A DNA stretch of 64,000 nt, from the NCBI GenBank assembly GCA_965226375.1, contig CBDDCX010000007.1:256001-320000 (forward strand). Reading direction: 5' to 3'. The translations under genes were made by a program, and so were the position numbers. The notes below the pieces were generated by a model that made no database searches, was not told the DNA's origin, and saw nothing but the letters and a program-made list of their open reading frames with translations. Positions 46,639 through 56,502 of the stretch are shown here, one piece after another. The stretch is from Longimicrobiales bacterium (lineage in GTDB: Bacteria > Gemmatimonadota > Gemmatimonadetes > Longimicrobiales > Gaopeijiaceae). Position 1 is the stretch's first letter. Each line of letters opens with the position of its first letter.

Positions 46639-49452
46639 ATGACTGACCGACCTAACGATCTATCCGGACTGCCGCTGCCGCCTGAATTGGCGGAGCTCGA
46701 CGCGGAGCTGAAGTCGATTCTGATCGACGAACGGCCCTCGTTCGGCCCCGAATTGCAGGCGGAGCTGGAGAACGTGTGGGTCAGCCCCGCTCCGAGTTCC
46801 GGCTTCCGTGTTCGCCATGCGATGGCTGCGGCCATCGGAGCTTTGCTGCTGGTGAGTGTGGCCGCACCTCAGGCCCGAGCCGGTCTGGCTCGGCTCCTGC
46901 CCTGGAATCAGCCTTCCGAGCCGGAGCCCGTCTTGGAGCAGCCGGTGACCCAGCCGGATGTGACCCTACCTGAGCCGGGACCCGTCACGCTGGCGAACGA
47001 TAATGTGGTCGAGCCCGCGGTCGCGCCGCGCGTGCCGGAGCCCGGTGAAGAGATCGTCCTGGACCTCCCGGACAATACCTATCCGGAGCTGCTCGACAGG
47101 GCCCGTGCGGAAAGGATGATCCGGAACCAGTATCCGATCCAGCTGCAGGAGGCTGGCATCGGCGGTTTGGTAACGCTCCGCCTATGGGTGGGATTGGACG
47201 GGAGCGTAGACCAGGTGCAGATCCAGCGGGGATCCGGTGTGTCCGCGTTCGACAGGGTCGCCCTCGATATGGCTCCTAGCCTCCGCTTCAAGCCGGCCCG
47301 GCGCTTTGGGGTGCCCGTGGGCACGTGGGTCAACTTCGACCTGGCCTTCGAGCCGTTCGAGGACAGCCCCGCTCCGCAGCCCCCTTCGCCGATCGCGACG
47401 CCTGCCCCGCCGGAGAACCTCGGCTACGTGTTCTCCGAGGAAGCGTTGTCAGGAGAGTACCTGACGCCGCCGCCCACGCTGTTCGAAGGGCAGGAGCTGC
47501 TCAGAGAGGCACTGGGAGATAGGATCGTGAAGGGGGGTCCGCTCGAAAATCTGGCGGCTCTTCTAGAGGGCGATCCGCCGGTGGGCTTCGGCCTCACACA
47601 ATGGCGGAGTGAGGCCGGAGCGGCGTTGGAAGATGCCCTGCGCTCGGCGCCCCTGAACCCGGCCCCGGCTCTCGCTTTGGCTCGCATCAGAAGAAAGCAG
47701 GGTCTCCGGGATGAGGCACGACGCCTCTACGCCGACGGAATCTGGCGTGCCGAGGCGAACCGAGACGCGGTGTCTCCCGCGTTCCGGGCCGAGCTCTACT
47801 ACGAGCAGGGTATGATCATTCAGGAGCAGTGGCTGGCGTGGGAGCATCTGGGACGTATTGCCACGTCGGACTTGAAGAGAATCGAGTGCAGAGTCACATC
47901 CGGCCACGCGGACAGTCGTTACGCGACGGCAGAGCCCCTCATGGGACTGAACAACCTGTGTCCGACCGAATTCCGTGAGGTGATGGATCAGGGGTTCCAG
48001 TCGACACGTCCAGCGAAGGGGGAGAGCCGGGCAGACATGATCCGGTCACTCTCTGCGGCGGTGGAGGCTGTGCCGAGTCATCCCGGAGCCAACGTCGAGA
48101 TTCTCCTGGATTTCGCCGATCAGGGCCGCTGGGGAGACCTACTGAAGGAATCTCAGAAGTTCATCTGGGAGTCCCGCGGCCACCCTCACGGGATACTGCT
48201 CTCAGGGGTCGCGCTTCAGCGCCTCGGGTATCCCGAAGAGGCGATGGAGCGGTTCCGAGTGGCGCTCGACGCGCTCCCGTCGGTCGAAGCGCAGCGCCTC
48301 AGAGATATCGGCGTGCTGCTGCCGGCTGTCCGGGTGGGCGCTTATGCGGCAATGAGCGATGTCCAGCGTCTCGAAACGGAGAGCGCGTTTTGGAGCACGC
48401 GTGACCCGATCCTTACCACCGAGGTGAACGAGCGTTTGGCCGAGCACTTCGCGAGGGCCGCGTATGCGACGCTCCGGTTTGGAGATCTGGACTCCGAGGC
48501 TGCCGAGGTATTGCTCCGATACGGAGTTCCCGCCACCGTGCGAACGGTCGGCGAGGGTACCGGTCTCAGGACCGTATTCTGGGACTACGGCGGCGGCTCG
48601 AACGTGACGTTCCGTCGCTCCGCCACGTCCAGGCATATGGACCTGACGCCCGAGAGCGCCGCGTATCTCCGGAGCCTGAAGGACCTCTTCCCGCACCGCT
48701 ACGGCAGTGTAGCTCTTCGAGAGGTTCGTGATCTGCCTGGGCTGGTGAGCCAGTTCCGGATGGCCCGAGGAGGGCTGGAGATCGAGGTTCACTCGGAGGT
48801 GCCCGAGAAGATGTTTGGGGGCCCAAGCGATTCACTGCATGTGTCGATCTATCTTCTCGGAGAGAACGAGCAGGTGGTCAGCTCATCCAGGCAGCGGGTT
48901 GCCGCGGCGCGCGGAGACCTCGACTTGAGGACCTGGGCGGGACCTGAGGTCCGACAGGTCGTGCTAGAGATCTATGATGACCGGCTCGGCTTTTTGGCGG
49001 CTCTGCGTGAGCCGGTGGATTTCGAGACGTCTGTCGGCGAGGATCCACGGATCTCGGATCTGCTCTTCGTCGAGGCCGCGAACCCCGAGCCCTCGGAAGT
49101 TCGGCGCACTGCCGCTTGGGTGTCGGCCCTGACCGAGGAGGTCAGTGACAACGCCACGCTCGGTGTGATTTTCGAGCTGTACGACCTTCCCGATGTGGAG
49201 TCCACCTACAGCTTGCAGGCCCATTTGGAGGCCACCGACGGCTCGCGAATCCCGCTCTACATTTGTCCGTCCGGAGCGCACGAGTTCCGCACGACGTGGA
49301 GACGAAAGGGTGATGCGACGGTCGGGGTTGCCGACTATGTGACACTGGACCTGACCGAAGTGGTGCCCGGGGACTACACCCTGGAGATCGTGGCCACGCT
49401 GCCGCGTGCGCTGGAGCCGGTGCGGTCGAGGCGGAGTTTGACCATTCGGTAG
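46639..49452 (+). CDS. Membrane-anchored protein with TonB C-terminal domain, TPR-like region and degenerate GWxTD-like domain
   Basis: One TM, Pro-rich linker, YP..AGIGG.V.L..SG..FD..A..FKPA; DPILTTEVNE...EH..R..YA...RYG.P. Confidence 0.7.
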   Translation: MTDRPNDLSGLPLPPELAELDAELKSILIDERPSFGPELQAELENVWVSPAPSSGFRVRHAMAAAIGALLLVSVAAPQARAGLARLLPWNQPSEPEPVLEQPVTQPDVTLPEPGPVTLANDNVVEPAVAPRVPEPGEEIVLDLPDNTYPELLDRARAERMIRNQYPIQLQEAGIGGLVTLRLWVGLDGSVDQVQIQRGSGVSAFDRVALDMAPSLRFKPARRFGVPVGTWVNFDLAFEPFEDSPAPQPPSPIATPAPPENLGYVFSEEALSGEYLTPPPTLFEGQELLREALGDRIVKGGPLENLAALLEGDPPVGFGLTQWRSEAGAALEDALRSAPLNPAPALALARIRRKQGLRDEARRLYADGIWRAEANRDAVSPAFRAELYYEQGMIIQEQWLAWEHLGRIATSDLKRIECRVTSGHADSRYATAEPLMGLNNLCPTEFREVMDQGFQSTRPAKGESRADMIRSLSAAVEAVPSHPGANVEILLDFADQGRWGDLLKESQKFIWESRGHPHGILLSGVALQRLGYPEEAMERFRVALDALPSVEAQRLRDIGVLLPAVRVGAYAAMSDVQRLETESAFWSTRDPILTTEVNERLAEHFARAAYATLRFGDLDSEAAEVLLRYGVPATVRTVGEGTGLRTVFWDYGGGSNVTFRRSATSRHMDLTPESAAYLRSLKDLFPHRYGSVALREVRDLPGLVSQFRMARGGLEIEVHSEVPEKMFGGPSDSLHVSIYLLGENEQVVSSSRQRVAAARGDLDLRTWAGPEVRQVVLEIYDDRLGFLAALREPVDFETSVGEDPRISDLLFVEAANPEPSEVRRTAAWVSALTEEVSDNATLGVIFELYDLPDVESTYSLQAHLEATDGSRIPLYICPSGAHEFRTTWRRKGDATVGVADYVTLDLTEVVPGDYTLEIVATLPRALEPVRSRRSLTIR

Positions 49453-49547
49453 CCCCCGGATGAAGAGCCGGCGGAGAGGAATCGACCTCTGTAACCCCCT
49501 CGGGAGCGATTGTGGCTCCCGGGGGGGTTCTGTATTTTCCGACCCTG

Positions 49548-50759
49548 ATGGCCAAGAAAACTCTCCAAGACCTGTCTCCTGAATCGCTCGCGGGCCGGCT
49601 CGTGATCGTTCGCGTGGACTACAATGTACCGTTGGACGAAGGTGGTGGGGTCACCGATCGGACTCGTCTCGACCGGACGCTTCCGACGCTCCGCCACCTT
49701 GTCGGCCACGGGGCCGGGGTCGTGCTCCTCTCGCACCTCGGACGCCCCAAGGGAGAACCGGTGGCGGCCCTATCTCTTAGGGGAGTCGCGACCGAGCTGC
49801 AGGTGCTGCTCGGGAGCCCCGTCGACTTTTCTCCGGCGACCACCGGTTCCGAGGCACGGAAAGCGGTGGAGAGCGTGGAGGACGGAGGGGTCTTGTTACT
49901 CGAGAACACACGTTTCCACGCAGAAGATACCGCGAACGATGCAGCCTGGGCTGAAGAACTGCGCCACGGTGCCACTCTGTTCGTCAACGACGCATTCGGC
50001 AGTGCCCACAGAGCACACGCGTCCACCACGGGTGTGGCCGACGCCGTTCGTAATACCGGGGGCGAGGCGGTAGCGGGTTACCTGATGGAGAACGAGCTCC
50101 GCTTCCTTGGCGACGCCCTCGTCGAGCCGAAGCGTCCTTTCGTGGCCATGATCGGCGGTGCCAAAATCTCGGGGAAGATCGACGTTATCGAGGCGCTGCT
50201 TCCGGCCGTGGATCGACTCCTCATCGGTGGGGCGATGGCCAATACCTTCTTCCTGGCCCTTGGTCTCGAAGTCGGCCAGTCTCTCGTGGAGCCGGATCGG
50301 GTCGACGTCGCCCGTGATCTCATGGCCCGGGCCGGGGACAAGATGCGACTCCCCGTGGATGTCGTCGCTGCGCCGGAGCTGATAGCGGGGGCCGTGACAC
50401 GGGAGCTCCCTCGTAGCGATGTGGGCTCGGCGGAGCGGATCGGTGACATCGGCCCCGCATCGATCCGGCTCTTCGCGGATGAAGTGACCGGAGCGGGGAC
50501 GGTGGTCTGGAACGGACCCATGGGCATGTTTGAGGTAGACGAGTTCGGGAGGGGGACGGTCGAGTTGGCTCAGGTGGCCGCGCGTGCGGCCGACGGCGGG
50601 ACTACGGTAATTCTGGGTGGAGGTGACTCGGCCGCGGCAGCGGAAGCGGCCGGCGTCGCGTCGCTCATGACGCATGTGTCCACGGGGGGCGGAGCCGCCC
50701 TCGAGTTCTTGTCCGGCGCGGAGTTACCCGGCGTCGAAGCGTTGTCCGATCGTACGTAA
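49548..50759 (+). CDS. pgk: Phosphoglycerate kinase
   Basis: RVDYNVP, SHLGRP, LENTRF, HRAHAS, STGGGA. Confidence 0.97.
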   Translation: MAKKTLQDLSPESLAGRLVIVRVDYNVPLDEGGGVTDRTRLDRTLPTLRHLVGHGAGVVLLSHLGRPKGEPVAALSLRGVATELQVLLGSPVDFSPATTGSEARKAVESVEDGGVLLLENTRFHAEDTANDAAWAEELRHGATLFVNDAFGSAHRAHASTTGVADAVRNTGGEAVAGYLMENELRFLGDALVEPKRPFVAMIGGAKISGKIDVIEALLPAVDRLLIGGAMANTFFLALGLEVGQSLVEPDRVDVARDLMARAGDKMRLPVDVVAAPELIAGAVTRELPRSDVGSAERIGDIGPASIRLFADEVTGAGTVVWNGPMGMFEVDEFGRGTVELAQVAARAADGGTTVILGGGDSAAAAEAAGVASLMTHVSTGGGAALEFLSGAELPGVEALSDRT

Positions 50760-50778
50760 CGAAACCAAGGGAAGACCA

Positions 50779-51528
50779 GTGAGACCAACGGTGATTGCAG
50801 GTAACTGGAAGATGCATCAGGGCCCCTCGGCCACGCGGGAGTTCTTCCATGACTTCTCGCCCGCGCTTTCGGACCCGCAGCCGATGATCCTGATCTTCCC
50901 CCCTGCCGTGTCTCTCTCGGCCGCCGCGGAAGCCCGTAGGGGCCGGCCTGCGGTGGCCCTGGGCATCCAAAATATCCATTGGGAGCCTAGGGGGGCCTAC
51001 ACGGGCGAGCACTCGGCCGGAATGGCTTTGGCAGCCGGGGCGCGATACGCGCTCGTGGGTCACTCCGAGCGCCGACACGTCTTCGGCGAGACGGACGACG
51101 AGGTCGGGCGAAAAGTCGCCGCAGCGCTCGGTGAGGGCCTCACTCCGGTGATATGTGTCGGAGAGACGCTGGAGGAGCGACAGGCCGGCCGGGTCGGCGA
51201 GGTCATCGTTCGCCAGCTGGATGCCGCCCTGCAAGATCTTCCCGAGGGTACACCGCGCTTCTTCTTGGCCTATGAGCCCGTGTGGGCCATCGGTACGGGC
51301 GAGACCGCTACTCCGGCCGATGCCGCCACCGCTCACGGGACCCTGCGCAGCCGATTGAATGAGGTGTTCGGTCCGGATGGAGCGGCAGGAGTGCCGATCC
51401 TCTATGGGGGCAGCGTGAAGCCCTCCAATGTTGCTGAACTGCTGGCGGCCTCGGACGTGGACGGAGTCTTGGTGGGGGGTGCCAGCCTCGACGCGACATC
51501 GTTCGCTGCCATTGCCGAAGCTGGCTGA
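50779..51528 (+). CDS. tpiA: Triosephosphate isomerase
   Basis: AGNWKM, GHSERR, AYEPVWAIGTG, YGGSV. Confidence 0.97.
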   Translation: MRPTVIAGNWKMHQGPSATREFFHDFSPALSDPQPMILIFPPAVSLSAAAEARRGRPAVALGIQNIHWEPRGAYTGEHSAGMALAAGARYALVGHSERRHVFGETDDEVGRKVAAALGEGLTPVICVGETLEERQAGRVGEVIVRQLDAALQDLPEGTPRFFLAYEPVWAIGTGETATPADAATAHGTLRSRLNEVFGPDGAAGVPILYGGSVKPSNVAELLAASDVDGVLVGGASLDATSFAAIAEAG

Positions 51529-51609
51529 TTGCAAGGGTTTTCGGGTTGACACTCGGGGGCTTCACGGCGACGTTTATCCGCTGTTCTGCACCCTCTCAGC
51601 TAGACGATT

Positions 51610-51993
51610 ATGTTCGGTTTACTGCTTGCGATTCTGATACTCGACGGGATTCTTCTCGGCGTCGTGGTCCTGCTCCAATCGGGAAAGGGCGGCGGTCTCG
51701 CTGCGATGGGCGGTGGCGCCGCTGCGACGGACGGAATCCTTGGTGGCCGACAGGCCACGACCGTGCTGACCCGAGCCACGTGGACTACAGGTTCGGTCTT
51801 CATGCTGTTGGCTCTCGTGCTGTCCATCCTGTCGTCGCGGGTGCAGCAGCCGCAGTCGATTCTCCGTCAGGATGCTCAGCCGACGGTGCCTGCGGCGCAG
51901 CCGATCCTACCCATGCTCGATCAGGTGGGGGAATCGGCGGCCGAACCAGGCGAGGCCAGCGATCCGGCGGCGAACGACGGCAGCAACAACTGA
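51610..51993 (+). CDS. secG: Preprotein translocase subunit SecG
   Basis: VLLQSGKGGGL, two TMs, follows tpiA. Confidence 0.93.
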   Translation: MFGLLLAILILDGILLGVVVLLQSGKGGGLAAMGGGAAATDGILGGRQATTVLTRATWTTGSVFMLLALVLSILSSRVQQPQSILRQDAQPTVPAAQPILPMLDQVGESAAEPGEASDPAANDGSNN

Positions 51994-52190
51994 CCCAGCC
52001 CGGTCTTGCGACCGACTCTGGCAGGCCGGCGGGTCCAACGACTCGCATATTGAATGTCCTCATCTGAGCCCTCCGACGACGGCTTGGTAGCCGATCTCAG
52101 CCGCCCCGATATCTCCGGTGCCCTCGTCCTGACGCGCTTTGCTGAAGAGCGCCTAAACGTCCTCGCCGAAGAGCCGACGGCGGTACGGAC

Positions 52191-53246
52191 GTGACACACG
52201 GGAGCGATTCCGACGCCGTCGTGGCCATGGCCAAGCCGGAACATGTATCGAAGACCGACCACGGAGAGGCTGTGACTCTCCTTGAGGCGATCAGCGAGGG
52301 CCTCTTCGAGGAAATGGTCTCCGATGACCGAGTGTTCCTCCTGGGCGAGGACATCGGAGTCTACGGTGGGGCCTTCAAGGTCACACGCGGTTTCCTCGAT
52401 TATTTCGGTGACAAGCGTGTCATCGATGCCCCCATCGCGGAGGGCGGCTTTACGGGGGCGGCGGCCGGCGCTGCGCATATGGGCTTGCGTCCGGTGGTCG
52501 AGATGCAGTTCATGGATTTCATCTCACCGGCATACGATGTGATTACGAACTACATCGCCACCTCCCTCTATCGGGGGAGTGGGCCCCTCCCTCTGGTCAT
52601 CCGTGGCCCGGTGGGCGGTGGAAACCGAGGGGGACCGTTTCACTCCCAGAACGTGGAGATGGCCTTCTTCCATACACCGGGTCTCAAGATCGTGTATCCG
52701 AGCACGGCCTATGATGCGAAGGGTCTCATCAAGGCGGCGATCCGTGACGGAAATCCGGTGATCTTCGAGGAGCACAAGGGCCTCTATCGGGCGCCCGCGC
52801 TCCGTGAGGTCCTTCCGAAGGAGGACTACGTCGTGCCCCTCGGAAAGGCGCGCACGGTGCGCGAGGGGAGCGACCTCACCATTGTCACCTATGGGATGAT
52901 GGTTCACAGGAGCGCAGAGGCGGCCGAAGAGCTCGAGCGTGAGGACGGAGTGCGAGTCGAGATCTTGGATCTTCGAACACTCCTGCCGTTGGACGATGAG
53001 GCCATCTTCGAGAGCATCAAGAAGACCGGACGCCTCCTCGTCGTTCACGAGGACACCCGGACCGGGGGCATTGCCGGTGAGATTGCCATGCGCGTAAGCG
53101 AGGCCGCATTCGAGTGGCTGGACGCGCCGATGCTCCGGGTGACTTCCATCGATTCACCCGTGCCGTACTCCGGCGTGTTGGAGGATTACTTCTTGCCGCA
53201 GGTTGAAGACGTCGTGACGGCGGCGCGCTATCTCGTGAATTATTAG
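52191..53246 (+). CDS. 2-oxoacid dehydrogenase E1 beta subunit
   Basis: GEDIG..GG.F, EMQFMDF, HSQ, DLRTL.PLD. Confidence 0.95.
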   Translation: MTHGSDSDAVVAMAKPEHVSKTDHGEAVTLLEAISEGLFEEMVSDDRVFLLGEDIGVYGGAFKVTRGFLDYFGDKRVIDAPIAEGGFTGAAAGAAHMGLRPVVEMQFMDFISPAYDVITNYIATSLYRGSGPLPLVIRGPVGGGNRGGPFHSQNVEMAFFHTPGLKIVYPSTAYDAKGLIKAAIRDGNPVIFEEHKGLYRAPALREVLPKEDYVVPLGKARTVREGSDLTIVTYGMMVHRSAEAAEELEREDGVRVEILDLRTLLPLDDEAIFESIKKTGRLLVVHEDTRTGGIAGEIAMRVSEAAFEWLDAPMLRVTSIDSPVPYSGVLEDYFLPQVEDVVTAARYLVNY

Positions 53247-53578
53247 AAGGCTGTTGAAGAAGTACAGTGGGTCGCGCGACCCGCGCCTTCGGCGCGGGTG
53301 CCCCGGGTCTTGCGAGGCTCAGACTAGGAACGACGACGAGTCGTAGCAGGGCTACGGCGAGGAGGAGAGACAACGTGACAATGCGCTTCGCGATTGTTGA
53401 CCGACCGCAACCCCCCTGTGCCCTCCGGGTTAGGGCGGCGAGGGCCCGACCACGCTTCGCGCGGTGCCCCGGGTGTTGGCGCTCCTCCCCGATACTTAAG
53501 CATCGCGTCGTCGCGCCGCCTACGCGCTGGACCCTCGGCGCTCCTAACGCGACCCGCTGTACTTCTCCAACAGCCTTC
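53246..53578. mobile_element. MITE-like non-autonomous element
   Basis: 31 bp terminal inverted repeats (29/31; GAAGGCTGTTGRAGAAGTACAGYGGGTCGCG), flanked by TA on both sides, no transposase. Confidence 0.8.
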
Positions 53579-53688
53579 TAGCATTTACTAGCTTCCTGAA
53601 CGGCGACGGTGGGACCGCCCATCGATCCTCCGGGTACTCTCGGGTCGCCGATTCGGATTTCAGCAACGATCAATCTGGAGAGAACAGA

Positions 53689-55076
53689 GTGGCGCGCATC
53701 GAGGTTCCCATGCCGCAGATGGGTGAGTCCATCGCCGAAGGCACCGTATCGAAGTGGCTGAAGAACGTCGGCGACACGGTCGAACGAGACGAGCCCATCC
53801 TGGAGATCTCCACCGATAAGGTGGACGCCGAGATCCCTTCCCCGCAGTCGGGGACGCTTGTGGAGGTAAAGGTCCAGGAAGGGGAGACCGTGGAGGTGGG
53901 TACCGTCGTCGCGTTCATCGACACCGAGGGTGGTGCTCCGACCGTGGCTACACCGACCGAGGTGGCCGAGCCCATTCCCGTCGCGCCTCCCGTGGCTGAA
54001 GAGGTCCCGTCGCCGGTTGCCGAGTCCGCTTCTCCACCGACTGCTTCTGGTCCGTCCGAGGATGGAGATCCGCAATCGGCCGAGGACCGCTTGCGGACGA
54101 AGTCGACCCCGGTGGTCCGGCGCATCGCCGAGGAGCATGGGATTACCATCGGTGACGTGTCGGGGACGGGCCACGCCGGCCGGGTCACCAAGCAGGACAT
54201 TCTCAACTTCATAGAGGGAGGGGGACCAAAGGCACAGCCTGCGGTTGTTGCAGCCCCCGCCCCCGACGTGGCGCCGTCGGCTGCTCCTGTGTCACCGGCG
54301 CCATCGGTGGTGCCGTCCGATCTCTGGGCTGCCTTCTACGGTGAGGTCCAGCACCCCGAGTTTCCGGTCCCGAAGGGGACCAGGTCCTGCCGATGGATAA
54401 GATCCGTCGGCTCACGGCGGAACACATGGTCATGGCCAAGCGCGTGGCTCCGCATGTGCATTCGTTCATTGAGGTCGACTTCTCCCGCGTGGACAGCATC
54501 CGTGCGGCGAACAAGGCCAAGTGGGCGGAGCAGGGGGCCAGGGTCAGCTACACGGCCTTCGTGGCGTGGGCGTGTTCGCGACTGCTGCGCAGCTTTCCCA
54601 ACGTCAACGGCACCGTGTCGGGCAATAACATCATTCACCGAGGCAGCGTGAATATCGGGATGGCAGTGGATCTCGATCCCGGACTCATCGTCCCGGTCAT
54701 CCACGACACCGACGATCTGAGCCTGGTCGGCATCGGCAAGAAGATCATCGATCTGGCTGAACGCGCACGCTCTCGGCAGCTCAACCCGTCGGAGATTCAG
54801 GGTGCGACCTTCTCCATTACCAACCCGGGTGTCCTCGGCACGCTGGTCGGGTTGCCCGTCATCCCGAAAGGGACGTCGGCGATCCTTGGCACGGGGGCGA
54901 TCGCAAAGCGCACCGTGGTGGTGGAGGATCCCGCCACGGGCACCGACGCCATCGCCATCAGGAAGCGATCGCTGTTTTCCCTCGGGTACGATCACCGACT
55001 CGTGGATGGTGCCGACGCCGCGAGGTTCCTCTCGGGACTCAAAGCGCTCCTGGAGGACTTCCCCGAGGACGCGTAG
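53689..55076 (+). CDS. 2-oxoacid dehydrogenase E2 (dihydrolipoamide acyltransferase), frameshifted at ~54370
   Basis: Lipoyl domain TDKV and E3-binding domain, then the catalytic domain with DHRLVDG in a second frame. Confidence 0.88.
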
Positions 55077-55150
55077 TGTCACCGCGGCGAGGCCAAGGTG
55101 AGGTGCCCTCGACCGGACGGGACGCTTGGGTAAGAGGACGCTGACGGACG

Positions 55151-55864
55151 GTGTCGGATCCTTCATACCCGAGTGACTCGCTGGAGTTGGAGGTGCGGGA
55201 TCTTGGCCTCGTGCCGTACGGTGAGGCGCTGGAGCTCCAAGCGGATCTGGTAGCGCGTCGACGCGCCGGTGAGGTGCCGGACCAACTCCTCCTCCTGGAG
55301 CATCCCCACGTCATAACGCTGGGTACGGGATCGCGTCCCGAGCACGTTTTGGCCGACGCGGCTCGGCGGGATGCACTCGGGGTCGAGCTCTTCGAGGTAG
55401 GTAGGGGTGGGGACGTGACCTATCATGGTCCCGGCCAACTCGTCGGCTATCCCGTGCTGGATCTCAAGCCCGACCGTCGAGATCTGCACCGCTATCTGCG
55501 AGACCTGGAGGCCATGCTCATTGCGGCCATGGGGGAGTTCGGTGTCCGAGGGGAGACCGTACCGGGGCTCACGGGCGTTTGGGTGGAGAGCCGCAAAGTA
55601 GCGGCCATCGGTGTCCGTGTGTCGTCCGGCTGGATCACCTCCCATGGTTTCGCGCTCAACGTGGACAGCGACCTCACCTACTATGAGACGATCGTGCCGT
55701 GTGGCATCGCCGACCGTACGGTCACATCGCTTTCCAAGGAGGCCGGCCGCTCGATCCGGGTCGCCGAGGTCGCTCCTGTCGTTCGCGAGGCTTTCGCTGA
55801 TACGTTTCAGCGGCGAATTCGTGTTGGCGGGCCAACAAATGAGGCCTCTGAAGAGGGTGTCTGA
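55151..55864 (+). CDS. lipB: Lipoyl(octanoyl) transferase
   Basis: LEHP, RGGDVTYHGPGQ, KVAAIG, HGFALN, PCG. Confidence 0.96.
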   Translation: MSDPSYPSDSLELEVRDLGLVPYGEALELQADLVARRRAGEVPDQLLLLEHPHVITLGTGSRPEHVLADAARRDALGVELFEVGRGGDVTYHGPGQLVGYPVLDLKPDRRDLHRYLRDLEAMLIAAMGEFGVRGETVPGLTGVWVESRKVAAIGVRVSSGWITSHGFALNVDSDLTYYETIVPCGIADRTVTSLSKEAGRSIRVAEVAPVVREAFADTFQRRIRVGGPTNEASEEGV

Positions 55865-56062
55865 GGTGACCTGGGGACTCCGTGGGTTTTTGAAATCCCG
55901 GCAGAAGATCTTGCCCGTCAATCCTTGGACAAGCCTCGAAGATCAATCTGTTTACGCTCGATTATGACCGGAGCAACGGCACTCCGGACTGTTTGTTAAC
56001 ATCGAATAGCATAACGAGTTACGGGATAATGCATGTTTTGTGCACGAGGTCGATCGAGAAGC

Positions 56063-56091
56063 TTGACGTTGGGCTGGAGCCTGCCCATACT
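56063..56091 (+). promoter_or_regulatory. sigma70-type promoter
   Basis: TTGACG-N17-CATACT. Confidence 0.7.
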
Positions 56092-56097
56092 GTAAGT

Positions 56098-56444
56098 GCG
56101 TTTCCGATGTGGTACGCTGAATCGATGGCGTTGGTCATCCCTTCATGTGGATCGCGAGACGCGTTTCATCGGACGGGACGCCGTAGCGGTGGAAGCGAAC
56201 CGAGGGTTGGACCTCGGTGAGCCGGCAGAGGAGCCGTTGGTCTCTGCTGAACCCTCCGGAGCTCGGAGGACCTGAAGTTGCTGACCGCGCGACGACGGGA
56301 TAAGGGAAGCTGAGTCAGCTGCCCGACTGAAGGTGAGCCGCAAGGCGATCTGGAAGGAGGGCGGGTTTCCAAACAAGACGAGGTTTCTACCAACGAAATA
56401 GGGGCCCTCGGGGCGGCTTGCCGCACCGAGGGCTTCTTTTTTTT
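56098..56444 (+). ncRNA. Unassigned structured non-coding RNA (~345 nt)
   Basis: Lies between a promoter and an intrinsic terminator; many nested helices; no convincing ORF. Confidence 0.6.
56404..56444 (+). terminator. Rho-independent terminator
   Basis: GCCCTCGG...CCGAGGGC stem followed by TTCTTTTTTTT. Confidence 0.88.
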
Positions 56445-56502
56445 GTGGAGGCATTGGCCTGCGACGTGCTCTGCGGCCCCGAGGAACTCAACCGGCGGGG
56501 AG

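Noticed and set aside
54355..54400. Programmed ribosomal frameshift in E2
   Set aside because: No canonical slippery heptamer; a homopolymer indel explains it.
56098..56444. tmRNA, RNase P RNA, SRP RNA or a riboswitch
   Set aside because: No tRNA-like ends or CCA, no GAGGAAAGUCC, no complete SRP helix-8 motif, and no co-oriented downstream gene for a riboswitch to control.
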